Assembly (NCBI GenBank): GCA_034521205.1
Contig: JAXHMT010000002.1
Location: 37,896-101,895 of the forward strand
Direction: 5' to 3'
Length of the DNA stretch: 64,000 nucleotides
DNA from: Halioglobus sp.
GTDB taxonomy: Bacteria > Pseudomonadota > Gammaproteobacteria > Pseudomonadales > Halieaceae
Part shown: positions 48,712 through 60,099 of the stretch, in pieces
Layout: each line of letters begins with the position of its first letter
Position numbering within the stretch: position 1 is the stretch's first letter
Program-made: the position numbers and the translations under genes
Notes under the pieces: model-generated
The model's input: only the letters and a program-made list of their open reading frames with translations
Database searches by the model: none
Told to the model about the DNA's origin: nothing

Positions 48712-51700
48712 TCAGACTTCCACTTCCTTGCGGGGCATCGCGAACCAGCGATACACGCTCGGCAGCACCACGAGGGTAAGCAGCGTGGATGTCACCAGAC
48801 CGCCCACCACGACTGCAGCCAGTGGCCGCTGGACATTCGAGCCGATGCCATCGGCCAGCAACAGGGGCACCAGCCCCAGAATGGCGACGGTCGCCGTCAT
48901 CAGCACCGGTCGCAGCCGCCGCTCCGCGCCCATGGCCACGGCCTCGTCCGCGGGCATCCCCTCGTCGCGCAGCTGATTGATGTAGCTCACCAGCACGACG
49001 CCGTTCAGCACCGCCACGCCGAATACCGCGATGAAGCCCACCGCGGCCGGCACCGAGAGGTACAGCCCCGACACCAGCAGGGCGATGATGCCTCCGGTGA
49101 TGGCGAAGGGGACGTTCAGGAAGATCAACGTGGCATAGCGCAGGCTGCCGAACGCCGAGAACAGCAGCAGAAAGATCAGTGCGAGGGTAATCGGCACCAC
49201 CAGATACAGGCGTGCCATCGCCCGTTCCTGGTTCTCGAACTGCCCGCCGAACTCGACGAAATAGCCGGGCGGCATGTCGACCCGCTCGCGGACCAGCCCG
49301 CGCAGCTCTTCCACGACGCCGCCCATGTCGCGCCCGCGTACGTTCATCTGCACGTACAGGCGCCGACTGGCGTTGGACCGCGAGATCTGTTTGGGCCCGG
49401 TGTAGAGACCCACGTCAGCCACCCGCGACAGCGGCACCACGGCGCCCTCCGTGCTGCGCAGCGGCAGCTCGCGAATGAGATCGAGACGGCTTCGCTGGGA
49501 TTCTTGCAGGCGCAGGAAGATGTCGAAACGCCGGATGCCATCGAACACCAGGCCGGCGGTCGCGCCGCCGACACCGGTTTCGAGCGTGCCCAGGACATCG
49601 TCGATGTTGATACCGTAGCGGGCGAGCGCATCGCGGTCCGGACGCACCACAATCTGGCGCTTGCCGCCCTGCTGCTGGGTACGCACGTCGGTGGCGCCGG
49701 GAACCTCGCGGGCCAGCGCCTCGACCTCGCTGCCGATGCGGGCGAGCTCGTCGAGATCGTCACCGTAAATGCTGGCCACGAGCTGCGCCTGTACCCCCGA
49801 AAGCAGCTCGTCGGTGCGAAGCTGAATCGGCTGGGAGAAGTTATTTGCCAGGCCCGGCACGACCTCGCCAACGCGCTCCGCCATGACCGACTGCAGTTCC
49901 TCGTAGGATCGGCCGCTCTCCCACTCGTTGAGCGGCTTCAATGTCACCACCGTGGCGACGACGTTGACCGGCTCAGGATCGCCGCCGACTTCGGCACGGC
50001 CGATTCGAGAATAGGTGCCGGTGACCTCCGGATATTCCCCGAGCACTTTCTGAATGCGTTTGCCGTACTCGATAGCGGAATCGAGACTGGCGCCCGGCGG
50101 CAACGTCGAACGCACCTGGACCGTCCCTTCCCGGAGCGTCGGCACGAATTCCGTGCCGAGCAGCGGGAACAGGGCGAGGCTGCCGAGGAAGACCGCCAGC
50201 GCGATACCGAACACCGTCCCGGGTGCGCCGAGCGCGCCCTTGAGCAACGGTCGGTAGCGTGCCTTCAGCCACAGGACCAGCCGGGGCTCGCCGTGAATGC
50301 TCCCTTTGGAAAACGCCAAAGTGGCCAGCACCGGCACCAGCGTGAGCGCCAGGATCAGCGCGCCAACCAGCGCGAAGCTGATGCTGTAGGCCATCGGGCT
50401 GAACAGCTTGCCTTCCACCCCCTCCAGGGTGAACAGCGGCAGGAAGACGATGATGATGATGGCCATGGCGAAGACGATGGGCCGCGCCACCTCCCGGGCC
50501 GCCTCGCTGACCAGCCGCCACATCGACAGGTCTTCTTCCGATCGCTCCTCGAGATGCCGGAATATGTTCTCGATCATCACGACCGAGCCGTCGACCATCA
50601 TGCCGATACCGATCGCCAGCCCGCCCAGGCTCATCAGATTGGCGGACAGGCCGGAGTAGCGCATCGCGATGAACGCCACGAGTACCGACAGCGGCAGGCT
50701 GGCGATGACGATGAGTGTCGAGCGGAGGTTGCCGAGGAACAGATACAGGAAGATCAGCACCAGCACCGCACCCTCCAGCAGCGCACGCTCCACGGTGCCT
50801 ATCGCCTTGTCCACCAGATCAGCCTGTGAGTAGAACGGCTCGATCGCGCAGGCCGTCCGGCAGTGACTCGTTGATCTCGGCGATCTTCGCATCCACGTCC
50901 TCGAGCACCTGCTGGGTGTTGGTGCCGATGAGCTTGAACACGTACCCGCCGGCGGATTCTTCACCGTTGGCCACCTGAGCGCCGCGCCGGATGGCCGCAC
51001 CATAGGTGACCTCGCCGACATCGCGGACATACACGGGCTTGCCTTCGTGTTCGGCCACGATCACGTTGCCGATGTCCTCGATACCTTGCTCGTCCGGTCG
51101 AAACCCAGCCGAAGCCGCGGACGATGTACTCGTCGCCGGCCCGTTTGATGAACGACGCGCCGACATTGCGATTATTGGCCACCAGCGCCTTGCGCACGTC
51201 GGCAATAGACAGATCCCGGGCTATGAGCGCATTGGCGTCGAGCTGTACCTGATACTGTTTCTCGTAGCCGCCGATGGAGAGCACGCCGGTCACGCCCGGA
51301 ACGGTGCGCAGCTGCTGTTTGACGATCCAGTCCTGGATCGTGCGCTTTTCCATCAGCGAGTAATCCGCTCCGGCTTCGTTCACCAGGGTATACATCAGGA
51401 TGCGGCCGAGACCGGTGGTGATGGGCCCGAGCTCCGGCTCGCCGAGGCCGGGCGGAATCTGGCGGCGGGCATCGGCCAGACGCTCCATCACCAGCCGCCG
51501 GGCGAAGTAGATGTCGGTGCCATCCTCGAAGTACGCATCGACCCGGGACAACCCGAAAATGGACGTACTCTGGACCTTTTCGAGATTGGGCAGACCGTAC
51601 ATGCTGATCTCGACGGGGTAGGAGATCAGCGTTTCCACGTCCACGGGCGAGAGCCCCGGACTCGAGGTGAACACCTGAACCAGGGTGGGCGTGGCGTCGG

Positions 51701-51818
51701 GAAAGGCGTCAACCGGCAATGTCCGGAATGACAGCAAGCCCCCGATGGTGACGGCGGCCACCGCCACCAGCACCATCAGCCGGTTGGCGAGGGCGTAACG
51801 AACCAGTGCTTCGATCAT
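48712..51818 (-). pseudogene. czcA: CusA/CzcA heavy-metal RND permease, frameshifts near 51100 and 50845
   Basis: LPVDAFPD, PVEISMYGLP, GPITTGLG, NLMSLGGLAIGIGMMVDGSVVMIEN, AVLNGVVLVS, RLRPVLMTA. Confidence 0.93.
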
Positions 51819-51833
51819 GTTATTGCTCCCGCC

Positions 51834-53126
51834 TCAGTGTGAGTGTTCGGCGCTTCTGGATGCGGCCGTGAGCGCGGACATGAGGTCGAATGCTCCTTCG
51901 AAGACGACGGGTTCGCCAGCGACGATGCCCTCGACCACTTCGACCCAGCCGTTGCCTTCGTGGCTGAGTGTGACCGGCACGGCGCGGAACGCGTATTCCT
52001 CCTCGGCCGGCACAAACACAACATCCGTCTCACCGAGCCGCTGCACGGCATCAATCGGAACGCGGGGAGGACCTTCGCCGCTGCCCGTATCGATCCTGGC
52101 CGTACCGAACAGGCCCGCCCGCAGGATACCCCGGGGGTTCTCCAGCACGGCTCTCAGCGTCACCGTGCGAGACTGCTCGTCGAGTTCCCGGGATATCCAG
52201 TCGATCTGCCCGGAAAAGCGTGCATCGTTCAGAACACGGGACGTGAATTCGACGTCCTGGCCGAGGCGTATGCGGTCGAGACTGTTTTCGAAGGCATCGA
52301 TCATGAGCCACATGCGGCTGTTGTCGACGATGTGGATGGGCGTATCGTCCGGCCCCAGCGTCTGTCCCGGGGACAGGTCGCGCCGTTGCACAACGCCGTC
52401 CATGCTGGCGGTCAAGCTAAGGCGCGACAGTGCTTTTCCCGGTTCGGTGCTGTCGATTTCCTCGGAACTGAGGCCGAACAAACGCAGCGCCTCCATCGCG
52501 GCCTGCTGGTCCGCCTCCGCCTCGCGCAACGCGGCCCTGGCGTCGAGCAGTTCTGCCTCGGAGGCAATCTGCTGCTCGGCGAGACGTCGCTCGCGCTCAA
52601 ATTCCGCTCGCGCATTTTCGAGCAGCGCGCTCGCCGTCAGATAACGGGCCCGGGTTCGGCCCAGCTGGACGCTGGCCAGCACGGCGAGCACGTCACCGGA
52701 CTCGACGACGTCGCCCAGATCGACCAGTACCTGTACGACTTTGGCTTCCAGCCGCGGGCCGATACGGGCGACTCTGTCCGGATCGAAACGTACCACCGCC
52801 GGCGCGCTCAAAAGGGCATCCGCATGGCCCCTGGGAGAATTGGCAATCTCGATGTTCAGCAGTCCATGCTGCTCCGGTGTCAGGTGGATTTCCCGTGCCT
52901 GCCCGTCCGCTGGCTCCTCGTGCGGTGCCTGCTCCTGCTCACCATGCTCCTCGGCCCCGGCCTCGTCGTGCCGTGCAGCGGACGGTGTCTCTCCCTCTTG
53001 CTGGCAGGCCGCGAGGAAGGGCAGCAGAAGGACGAAGACGACTAGCGTGAATGGTCGGCGCAGCCGTCGCGGCCACGTTCCGAAAATGGATGATGGGTAC
53101 ATGATGTTGAGCTCCAATTGATTCAT
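51834..53126 (-). CDS. czcB: CzcB/CusB membrane fusion protein
   Basis: Lipobox LAAC, His/Glu-rich linker, lipoyl-like VDLGDVVESGDVL, SRTVTLRAVLENPRGILRAGLF. Confidence 0.92.
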   Translation of the reverse strand: MNQLELNIMYPSSIFGTWPRRLRRPFTLVVFVLLLPFLAACQQEGETPSAARHDEAGAEEHGEQEQAPHEEPADGQAREIHLTPEQHGLLNIEIANSPRGHADALLSAPAVVRFDPDRVARIGPRLEAKVVQVLVDLGDVVESGDVLAVLASVQLGRTRARYLTASALLENARAEFERERRLAEQQIASEAELLDARAALREAEADQQAAMEALRLFGLSSEEIDSTEPGKALSRLSLTASMDGVVQRRDLSPGQTLGPDDTPIHIVDNSRMWLMIDAFENSLDRIRLGQDVEFTSRVLNDARFSGQIDWISRELDEQSRTVTLRAVLENPRGILRAGLFGTARIDTGSGEGPPRVPIDAVQRLGETDVVFVPAEEEYAFRAVPVTLSHEGNGWVEVVEGIVAGEPVVFEGAFDLMSALTAASRSAEHSH

Positions 53127-54430
53127 GGCGTGCTGTCCTTCTGCACTTTGTTTTCCTCAAGTACGATCAGGCCACCGGTCGCCCGCTCGAGCTCCGTCAC
53201 CGACACGATCAGGGCGCCCAGCGACCCCAGGTAGCTGCGACGGACGTCGATGAGGTTGTTCTGGGCCGCGGTGATTGCAGGCGCCCCGACCTTGCCGGCC
53301 TCGAATGCTTCCTGGGTCAGCTCCAGGTTGGCTTCGGCCCGTTCAAGCATGGACGTGCCCAGCAGCTCCGCCCGGCGCCGGGCCGCGCGGTAGTCGGCGA
53401 TTGCGCTCAGTACCTCGCGGCGGACAGTGAGGCGCAATTCGTCTTCCTGGAGTTGCTGTTCGAGAAGCTTTCCCGCCGCCTGTTCGCGCTCGCCGCCATA
53501 GCGGTGCAGCAACGGAAGCGGCAGGCTCGCGCCAATGCCGGTGATTTCCGCCTGTTCTTCTTCCTCGTAGAAGCCGAAAACCGTCAGATTGGGAATGAGC
53601 TGGCGGCGGCTCAAGCGCAGCTCCTCACGTGCGGCCTGCACGCGCTCGGCGGCGGCTGCCAGGTCGCCGCGCCGGCGGGCCGCCGCGTTCAGCACCCGCG
53701 TTTCCCCTGGCAGGCTCACGGGCCAGGGCTGAATATCGCCGGTGACCCGAATCGGCGCGGTCGGATCGCGAGCCAGCACGTCGGCCAGCGCCAGCCGCGC
53801 CTGTGCCGATTGACGCTCCGCCTCCACCAGCTCGGTGCGGGCGCGGGCGGCGCCGATGAGTGCGGAATTGAGATCGAGCGCGGTGGCGCTGCCCGCCTCG
53901 AGCCGGCGCCGGGCATAGTCGGCCAGCCTGTGTGTGAGCTGCACCAGGCGCCCCGCCGTTTCCTCGGCCCGTTCGGTCAGCAGGACGTTCAGGAACGCGC
54001 GGCGCGCCCGGGCGGCGGTCGCGGTGCGGAGGAAGCGAAGATCCTCCTCGACCGCGGTCAACCGGGCCGCTGCGGCACCGCGCTGCAGGCCCCGCTGCCC
54101 GCCGATCCAGAATTCCTGGCTGAGGCTTATGCTGAAGTCCCGGCTATTGTCCTCCGCGTCGACCTCCCGATCACTGGTAGCTACCTCGAGCGAGGGATTC
54201 GAAGGGGTCCAGCGGCGGGCATGTGTCAGGGCCCCGCCTTGCTGGCGGACCCGCGCCATGGCCTGGCGTACCGCATAGTTCCCCTCAAGGGCCTCGTCGA
54301 TTGCGCCGTCGAGCGTGAGGGGGCCTGTTCTGTCCCGGGCAGTGGTTGCCCGGTTGTCCGCTGCAACGGCCTGCAGCGACAACGCTGCACACAGTCCGAG
54401 CAACGCAACGCTGCACATCCATCGGTGCAT
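53123..54430 (-). CDS. czcC: CzcC/TolC outer membrane factor
   Basis: Signal peptide; PNPSLEV, LSQEFWIGGQR, LIPNLTV, SLPLPL, EAGKVG. Confidence 0.9.
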   Translation of the reverse strand: MHRWMCSVALLGLCAALSLQAVAADNRATTARDRTGPLTLDGAIDEALEGNYAVRQAMARVRQQGGALTHARRWTPSNPSLEVATSDREVDAEDNSRDFSISLSQEFWIGGQRGLQRGAAAARLTAVEEDLRFLRTATAARARRAFLNVLLTERAEETAGRLVQLTHRLADYARRRLEAGSATALDLNSALIGAARARTELVEAERQSAQARLALADVLARDPTAPIRVTGDIQPWPVSLPGETRVLNAAARRRGDLAAAAERVQAAREELRLSRRQLIPNLTVFGFYEEEEQAEITGIGASLPLPLLHRYGGEREQAAGKLLEQQLQEDELRLTVRREVLSAIADYRAARRRAELLGTSMLERAEANLELTQEAFEAGKVGAPAITAAQNNLIDVRRSYLGSLGALIVSVTELERATGGLIVLEENKVQKDSTP

Positions 54431-54516
54431 GCGAATTGTCTCCGTGCTGGAATGGAAATCCGCCTCGCCGCCCGCGCATTCAGCGGCGGGTAGCAAAACT
54501 CAGTATTGACGGAAGA

Positions 54517-54867
54517 TCAGACCAGGGAGATAGGTGGGCGGAAAAGCCGGTCGAAGTGACCGGACGGGGGGGCATCGAGACAGTGGACAGGCCGAAAATT
54601 GCGCTGCGAATCACAGCTCTGTTTTGCGACCGCTGTGCCTGCGAGATGGATGCAACAGATATGGATGTGAACGTGCGCGGCACCGCCGGTTTGTTCATTG
54701 TCCGGGTTCGGTGCCGGTCGCTCGCCGGGCGCGTCGATATAAAAGCCGCCGGGTTGGTGGCTCGGGGCGCCGCCCTGATGAATATCCGCAAAAGGGATGC
54801 CGTTGAAGACCAGAACCAGCGTCAGCACCAGGCGAAGTGAATGACTGTTGCGAAACACTCTCGACAT
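54517..54867 (-). CDS. CzcI/DUF2946-like His/Cys-rich exported protein
   Basis: Hydrophobic N-terminus, HVHIHICCIH, C-terminal RPP; first gene of the efflux operon. Confidence 0.6.
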   Translation of the reverse strand: MSRVFRNSHSLRLVLTLVLVFNGIPFADIHQGGAPSHQPGGFYIDAPGERPAPNPDNEQTGGAAHVHIHICCIHLAGTAVAKQSCDSQRNFRPVHCLDAPPSGHFDRLFRPPISLV

Positions 54868-55049
54868 GCTAGCAAAATAACACCGGCAACAGGATATAAC
54901 AACCGGCCAACCTTGTCTGGCAGTCGTGGTCGCTTCGGCCTTCACCTCGTCCGACTGCACAGACAGTCAAGCGGCGCCGCGCGACCTCGATGTGAGAGCC
55001 GCAGGCCCGAATGCCGGCGGTGCGCTCTAGCCGTGACCGCCAGCAGGCC

Positions 55050-55633
55050 CAGGTTGAACGCCCGCAGGCCGCTGTCGGGATGTTCGGCCCGCAGCGAGGG
55101 CGCCATGCGCGACAGCGCGGCCTTGGAGGAGGTGAAGCGCAGCCCCAGCCGCCGCCGTCGCCGGCGCCGGGATGGATGTGCGCGCTGTCGCGGTAACCAT
55201 GTTGAGAATCGTGCCGCCGCCGCGTGCCAGCATGCCCGGCAGCAGTGTCTGGACCAGTGTCAGCGGCGTGAAGACATTGGCGCGGTAGATGGCCGCGAGC
55301 TGGTCGTCGGCGACCTCCAGCAGTGGTTCATGTTCCCGTGCCCGGTAACGGCATTGTTGAACAGCAGGTCGAGCCGCCCAATGTTCCGTCGCGGCCCGCG
55401 CCGCGTCCGCCAGCGATCGGGTCGAGGATACCGCGCGCAGGCACAATGCCTCGCTGCCGCGCGCTCCACCGCCGCGGCGGTGGCCCTGAGGCTGCCGGCA
55501 GGGGACTGTCGGAACCCTCGGCGAGGGTGCGCGCGGTGATCGCCACGCGGTAGCCGGCCCGCGCCAGCGCCACCGCGGACTCGGCGCCGATGCCGCGGCT
55601 CGCGCCGGTGATGAAGGCCACTTTGTCAGTCAC
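55050..55633 (-). pseudogene. SDR, multiply frameshifted and 3'-truncated
   Basis: VTDKVAFITGASRGIG, LFNNA, TILNMV, KAALSRMAPSL...RAFNL, then homology is lost. Confidence 0.8.
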
Positions 55634-56078
55634 GCTTTGCGTCTCCCGCTGCCAGCAGTTGATTGAGATTGTCGAAGGTCTGCACGGCCACCCGCTCGCC
55701 GAGTATCGCGGCGTACTGCCGCCACACGGTTTCCGTGGACTGGGACAGTTCATCGATGAACGCGCGCCCGCCTTCGGTGAAGTCGATCAGCTTGGCGCGC
55801 GAGTCGGCGGGGTCCGGATGCCGTTCCACCAGACCCATGGCCTCCAGTTCGTGGACGATCTTCATCATCGACTGGGGACGGATGCGCGCGGCCTGGGCCA
55901 GATCCACCGCCCGGCTGGCGCCGTTGCGGCCGAGGAACAGGAATACCGACCGGTGGCGCGCGCCGACGCCGCGAACACCCCGCGCGGCCAGGTCGGCGTC
56001 GAGCCGCTGTTGGAAATCGCGGGTCATCAGCATCAGAATCTGGCCCACTTCGTAGCGCAGTTGTCGACGGCGCGTCAT
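55626..56078 (-). CDS. MarR family transcriptional regulator
   Basis: VDLAQAARIRPQSMMKIVHELEAMGLVERHPDPADSRAKLIDFT. Confidence 0.92.
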   Translation of the reverse strand: MTRRRQLRYEVGQILMLMTRDFQQRLDADLAARGVRGVGARHRSVFLFLGRNGASRAVDLAQAARIRPQSMMKIVHELEAMGLVERHPDPADSRAKLIDFTEGGRAFIDELSQSTETVWRQYAAILGERVAVQTFDNLNQLLAAGDAKRD

Positions 56079-56143
56079 TGCAATTGCGAAACAATCAGCT
56101 AATCTTATAGTCAGTCTAGCTTACTATAAGGAGGGGTCAAGCC

Positions 56144-57169
56144 GTGTTTCAGGTATTCGCCGCCACGCCGGAGGACATGGGCCCCGGCGAGATCGGCGCC
56201 CACGCCGCCCGGGCCGAGGCCATGGGTTTCGACGGTCTGCAGGTGCCGGACGCCATCCACGACGGCCTGTTGCTGGCGACCATGGCCCTGGCCGCCACGG
56301 AGCGCCTGATTGTGGGCACGGCGGTGCTCGTGGCCTTTCCCCGCAGTCCGATGATCACGGCGGTTGCCGCCTGGGATCTGCAGCGCATGTCCGGCGGGCG
56401 CTTCGAACTGGGTCTGGGCACGCAGGTGCAGGCCAATATCGAAAAGCGTTACAGCGCCCGCTGGGACTCGCCGGTGCCGCAAATGCGCGAATACGTGCAG
56501 TCGATACAGGCGATTTTTCACAGTTTCCAGACCGGCGAACGGCTCGACTTCCGGGGCGATCACTACGCGTTCACCAAACTGCAGCCGTTCTTCAATCCGG
56601 GCCCGATCGAGCACCCGCATATTCCGATCCTCTGCGGGGCGGTGGGGCCGGCGATGACCCGGATGGTCGGACGCGTGGCGGATGGCATGATCACGCACCC
56701 GACCAACACGCCGCCGGAGTACATCCGGGACGTGTGCCTGCCGCGCCTGTCTGCGGGGTTCGACGGGCGCGGCGGCGAGCCGCGGGATTTCAAGCTGGTG
56801 CTCGGGCCGCTGACAGCGACGGGGCCCGATGAAGCCGCGGTGGCGGCCAACTGGGAAAAGCAGCGCCACCTGCTGGGCTTTCTCTACTCCACACCCGCCT
56901 ACTGGCCCAGCCTGGAACTGTTCGGCTGGCAGGACAAGGGGCAGCAGTTGCTGGACCTGACGCGGCAGGGCCGCTGGGAGCGGCTCCCGGAGATCATCAC
57001 CGACGATATGCTCGAGCGTTTCGTGCCGCGGGGCACCTACGACGAGATCGCCGGCGTCTACCTGGCGCGCTACGGCGGGCTGAGCCGGCGCGTGACCTTT
57101 CCCATGCCCGACGATCCGGCCGACGACCCGCATGCGGCGCGGGTGGTTCACGAACTGCAGGTGGCTTGA
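56144..57169 (+). CDS. LLM-class oxidoreductase, TIGR03617-like (predicted F420-dependent)
   Basis: HDGLL, VAFPRSPM, AWDLQ.MSGGRFELGLGTQV, TKLQPFFNPGP, FLYSTPAY. Confidence 0.88.
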   Translation: MFQVFAATPEDMGPGEIGAHAARAEAMGFDGLQVPDAIHDGLLLATMALAATERLIVGTAVLVAFPRSPMITAVAAWDLQRMSGGRFELGLGTQVQANIEKRYSARWDSPVPQMREYVQSIQAIFHSFQTGERLDFRGDHYAFTKLQPFFNPGPIEHPHIPILCGAVGPAMTRMVGRVADGMITHPTNTPPEYIRDVCLPRLSAGFDGRGGEPRDFKLVLGPLTATGPDEAAVAANWEKQRHLLGFLYSTPAYWPSLELFGWQDKGQQLLDLTRQGRWERLPEIITDDMLERFVPRGTYDEIAGVYLARYGGLSRRVTFPMPDDPADDPHAARVVHELQVA

Positions 57170-57272
57170 AAAATCATGCCGCGGGGAAAAAACTCGCGCT
57201 CGCGCTCTACCCGGGGATGCCGCCATGTTATACAGGGCGTGTGCGCAAAAGCAGAGACACAGGAGGCGAACG

Positions 57273-57719
57273 ATGACAGCTCCCGACGCGGTACATCTCG
57301 GCCAGGATGAACTGCCCTTTGTCGATATCGGCGACGGCAGCCTGTTGAAAGTGCTCCAGGTCCGGCCCGCCGAGGGTCTGTGGATCGTGGAGAATATCTT
57401 TCGGGCCGGCTACGAGGTCGAAACCCACAAACACACCGGCCCCGTATTCGGCTACACGCGTTCCGGCGCGTGGAAATACAAGGAATACGATTACGTCAAT
57501 CGCGCCGGTTCGTTCCTCTATGAACCCGCCGGCTCGGTGCATACGCTGCAGTGTATCGAGGACGACACCCGGGTCTGGTTCCAGATGTACGGCACCAACC
57601 TCAACCTGGATGCCGAGGGCAATATCACCTCGGTGGCGGACGGTCCACTGGCACTGGAATTCTACCTCGCCATGTGCGCGGAGATGGGGCATCCCGAACC
57701 GCCGGTGCTGGTGGGGTAA
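57273..57719 (+). CDS. Cupin, 2,4'-dihydroxyacetophenone dioxygenase/ChrR-like
   Basis: HKHTGPV...SGAWKY.EY...AGSFLYEPAGSVHTL; AGGAGG SD. Confidence 0.88.
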   Translation: MTAPDAVHLGQDELPFVDIGDGSLLKVLQVRPAEGLWIVENIFRAGYEVETHKHTGPVFGYTRSGAWKYKEYDYVNRAGSFLYEPAGSVHTLQCIEDDTRVWFQMYGTNLNLDAEGNITSVADGPLALEFYLAMCAEMGHPEPPVLVG

Positions 57720-57734
57720 ACTGGGCTCCGTGAA

Positions 57735-58932
57735 ATGAAGATAGACGTCTACGACCCGGACAGCTACACACAGGGCATCCCCCACGAGCAGTTCGCCTGG
57801 CTGCGGGCCAACGATCCGGTTCACTGGCACGAGCACCCGGCGGGTTACGGTTACTGGGTACTGAGTCGGCACGCGGATGTGCTGCAGGTGTCGCGGGACT
57901 TCAAGACGTTTTCCGCCGAGCAGGGCTTCGTGATGGTGGATGATCTGCCGCCGGATATTCTCGACATGGCCCGCAACCAGTTGCTGGGCATGGATCCGCC
58001 CCGGCACGCGCTCCTGCGCCGGGCGGTGATCACGCGCTTTACCTCGCGCATGCTGGCGGCGCTGGAACCGAAAATACGCGCCATTGCCCGCGACATCATG
58101 GCGCGGGTCGACGAGCCGGCGCGGGTCAATTTCGTGGAGAGCCTGGCCGGTGACCTGCCGACGGCGGTGATCTGTTCCATGCTGGATATTCCCCGGGACA
58201 GGTGGGAACAGATCCGCCGCTGGTCCGACCTGCAGACCTCCAGTACCGACCCCGATCTGGGCGGGACGCCGGAGGAGGTCAATCGGGCCAGCGTCGAGAT
58301 GGGCACCTACGGCTTCGAACTCGCCACCGAGCGCAAGGACAGCGGCGCGGATGATCTGATTTCATTGCTGATCAATCAGGAAGTGGAAGGGCAAAAGCTG
58401 TCCGAAACGGAATTCGCCGCGCTGTTCGTGCAGCTGACCGTCGCCGGCAACGAAACGACCCGCGGGTTGATCAGCAGCGGCATGTACGAACTGATGCAGC
58501 GCCCCGAGCTGATGGCGGGCGCTGCGCAGCGATCCCGGACTGCTGCCGGCCGCCGTCGAGGAGATGCTGCGCTGGACGTGTCCCCTGCATTATTTTCGCC
58601 GCACCGCGGTTGACGAGGCGCGGGTCGGCGGCCGGCGTATATCCCCCGGGGACCGGGTGGTCATGATGTACAGCTCGGCGAATTTCGACGAAAGCGTGTT
58701 TGACGAGCCCATGACCTTCGATATCGCACGCGATCCCAATCCGCACCTGGCGTTTGGTCACGGTATTCATCTGTGTCTGGGGGCCAACCTGGCTCGCCTC
58801 GAGGCGCGCATTTTTTTCGAGGAATTCTTCGAACACTTCAGTGCGATCGAGGGGGACGGCGAGCCGGTGTACATCCGTTCCAACAACATCCACGGCTTCA
58901 AGGAAATGCCGGTACTGCTGACGCCGGCGTGA
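57735..58932 (+). pseudogene. Cytochrome P450, frameshift near 58520
   Basis: MDPPRH, AGNETTR, EEMLRW, FGHGIHLCLGANLARLE. Confidence 0.95.
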
Positions 58933-58941
58933 CGGGCATCG

Positions 58942-60099
58942 ATGTATTTCGACCTGCAATACTACTGGCGCGTGCTGCGCCATGTCTGGTCCCTGAAGGG
59001 CTGGGCCGGACGGCGTCGCACCCTGCGGCGGCTGTTGCTGAATGTGCCGCTGGAATACCTGTTCAACGCGAGCTGCTTTCTGCTCGATTACCTGTTGTTT
59101 CCCTCGCTCTGGCGGCAGCGGGTGGAGCGGCCGGTGTTTATCGTCGGACACGCGCGCTCCGGCACCACGCTGGCCCATCGGCTGCTGGCGGCGGACGCAC
59201 AGACTTTCAGCTACTTTCTGTACTGGGAGATGTTTTTTCCCTCGCTGCTGCAGAAAAAGGTGATTCGCGGACTGGGCGTGCTCGATAAAAAACTGCTGGG
59301 CCGGTATTTCCACAAAAAGATCGTCGCCTGGGACGACAAGACGTTCGGCCCGACGCGTCACATGCACGATATGAGTCTGTGGAACTCGGAAGAGGACCAG
59401 TTCGTGATGCGGGGCGCCTGCGTCACGCAGCAGTGGTCCCTGGAAATTCCGATGATGGATATCGTCGACATTTTCCATGTCGATGCGATGCCGCCGCGCA
59501 AGCGCCGGCGCTGGCTGCACCACTACCGCGAGTGCGTCAAGCGGCAACTGCTGCTCAACGGCGGCGATCGAATCCATCTGGCCAAGAACCCCGTGATGAG
59601 CGGTTGGGTGCAGTCGCTGATCGACACCTTCGCGGACGCGCGCATCGTGGTAATGATGCGCGACCCGGCCAACTGTATACCCAGCGTGCTGAAACTGGTG
59701 GAGCTGAACTGGCGCGGCAGGGGCTGGCGCCGCGAGGACTACCGGCGCTCACTGGAGATCCTGACCGATATCTCCTTCGAAAGCTTTCAGCATCCGCGCG
59801 ACGTGCTGGCGCGCAATCCGGCAACACCGCAGATCGTGGTCGACTACCGGGAACTGACAGCGCGGCCGCGGGAGACTGTGCGCGCCATCTATCGCGCGCT
59901 GGAGCTGGATTACAGCGAGGACTACGATCGCTTCCTCGCCGCGCAGGAGGAGCGCGAGAAGCGTCACAGTACGTCTTTCGAGTACAGTATTGACGACTAC
60001 GACCTGTCCGCGCAGCGCATTGAAGCGGAACTGGCGGATTTCTACGAACAGTACGATTGGCCGCGCGCCACCGCGCGGGCCGCGAGCGGGGAGCAATGA
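58942..60099 (+). CDS. Sulfotransferase family protein
   Basis: RPVFIVGHARSGTT PAPS-binding loop; LAKNP; MRDP..CIPS. Confidence 0.9.
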   Translation: MYFDLQYYWRVLRHVWSLKGWAGRRRTLRRLLLNVPLEYLFNASCFLLDYLLFPSLWRQRVERPVFIVGHARSGTTLAHRLLAADAQTFSYFLYWEMFFPSLLQKKVIRGLGVLDKKLLGRYFHKKIVAWDDKTFGPTRHMHDMSLWNSEEDQFVMRGACVTQQWSLEIPMMDIVDIFHVDAMPPRKRRRWLHHYRECVKRQLLLNGGDRIHLAKNPVMSGWVQSLIDTFADARIVVMMRDPANCIPSVLKLVELNWRGRGWRREDYRRSLEILTDISFESFQHPRDVLARNPATPQIVVDYRELTARPRETVRAIYRALELDYSEDYDRFLAAQEEREKRHSTSFEYSIDDYDLSAQRIEAELADFYEQYDWPRATARAASGEQ

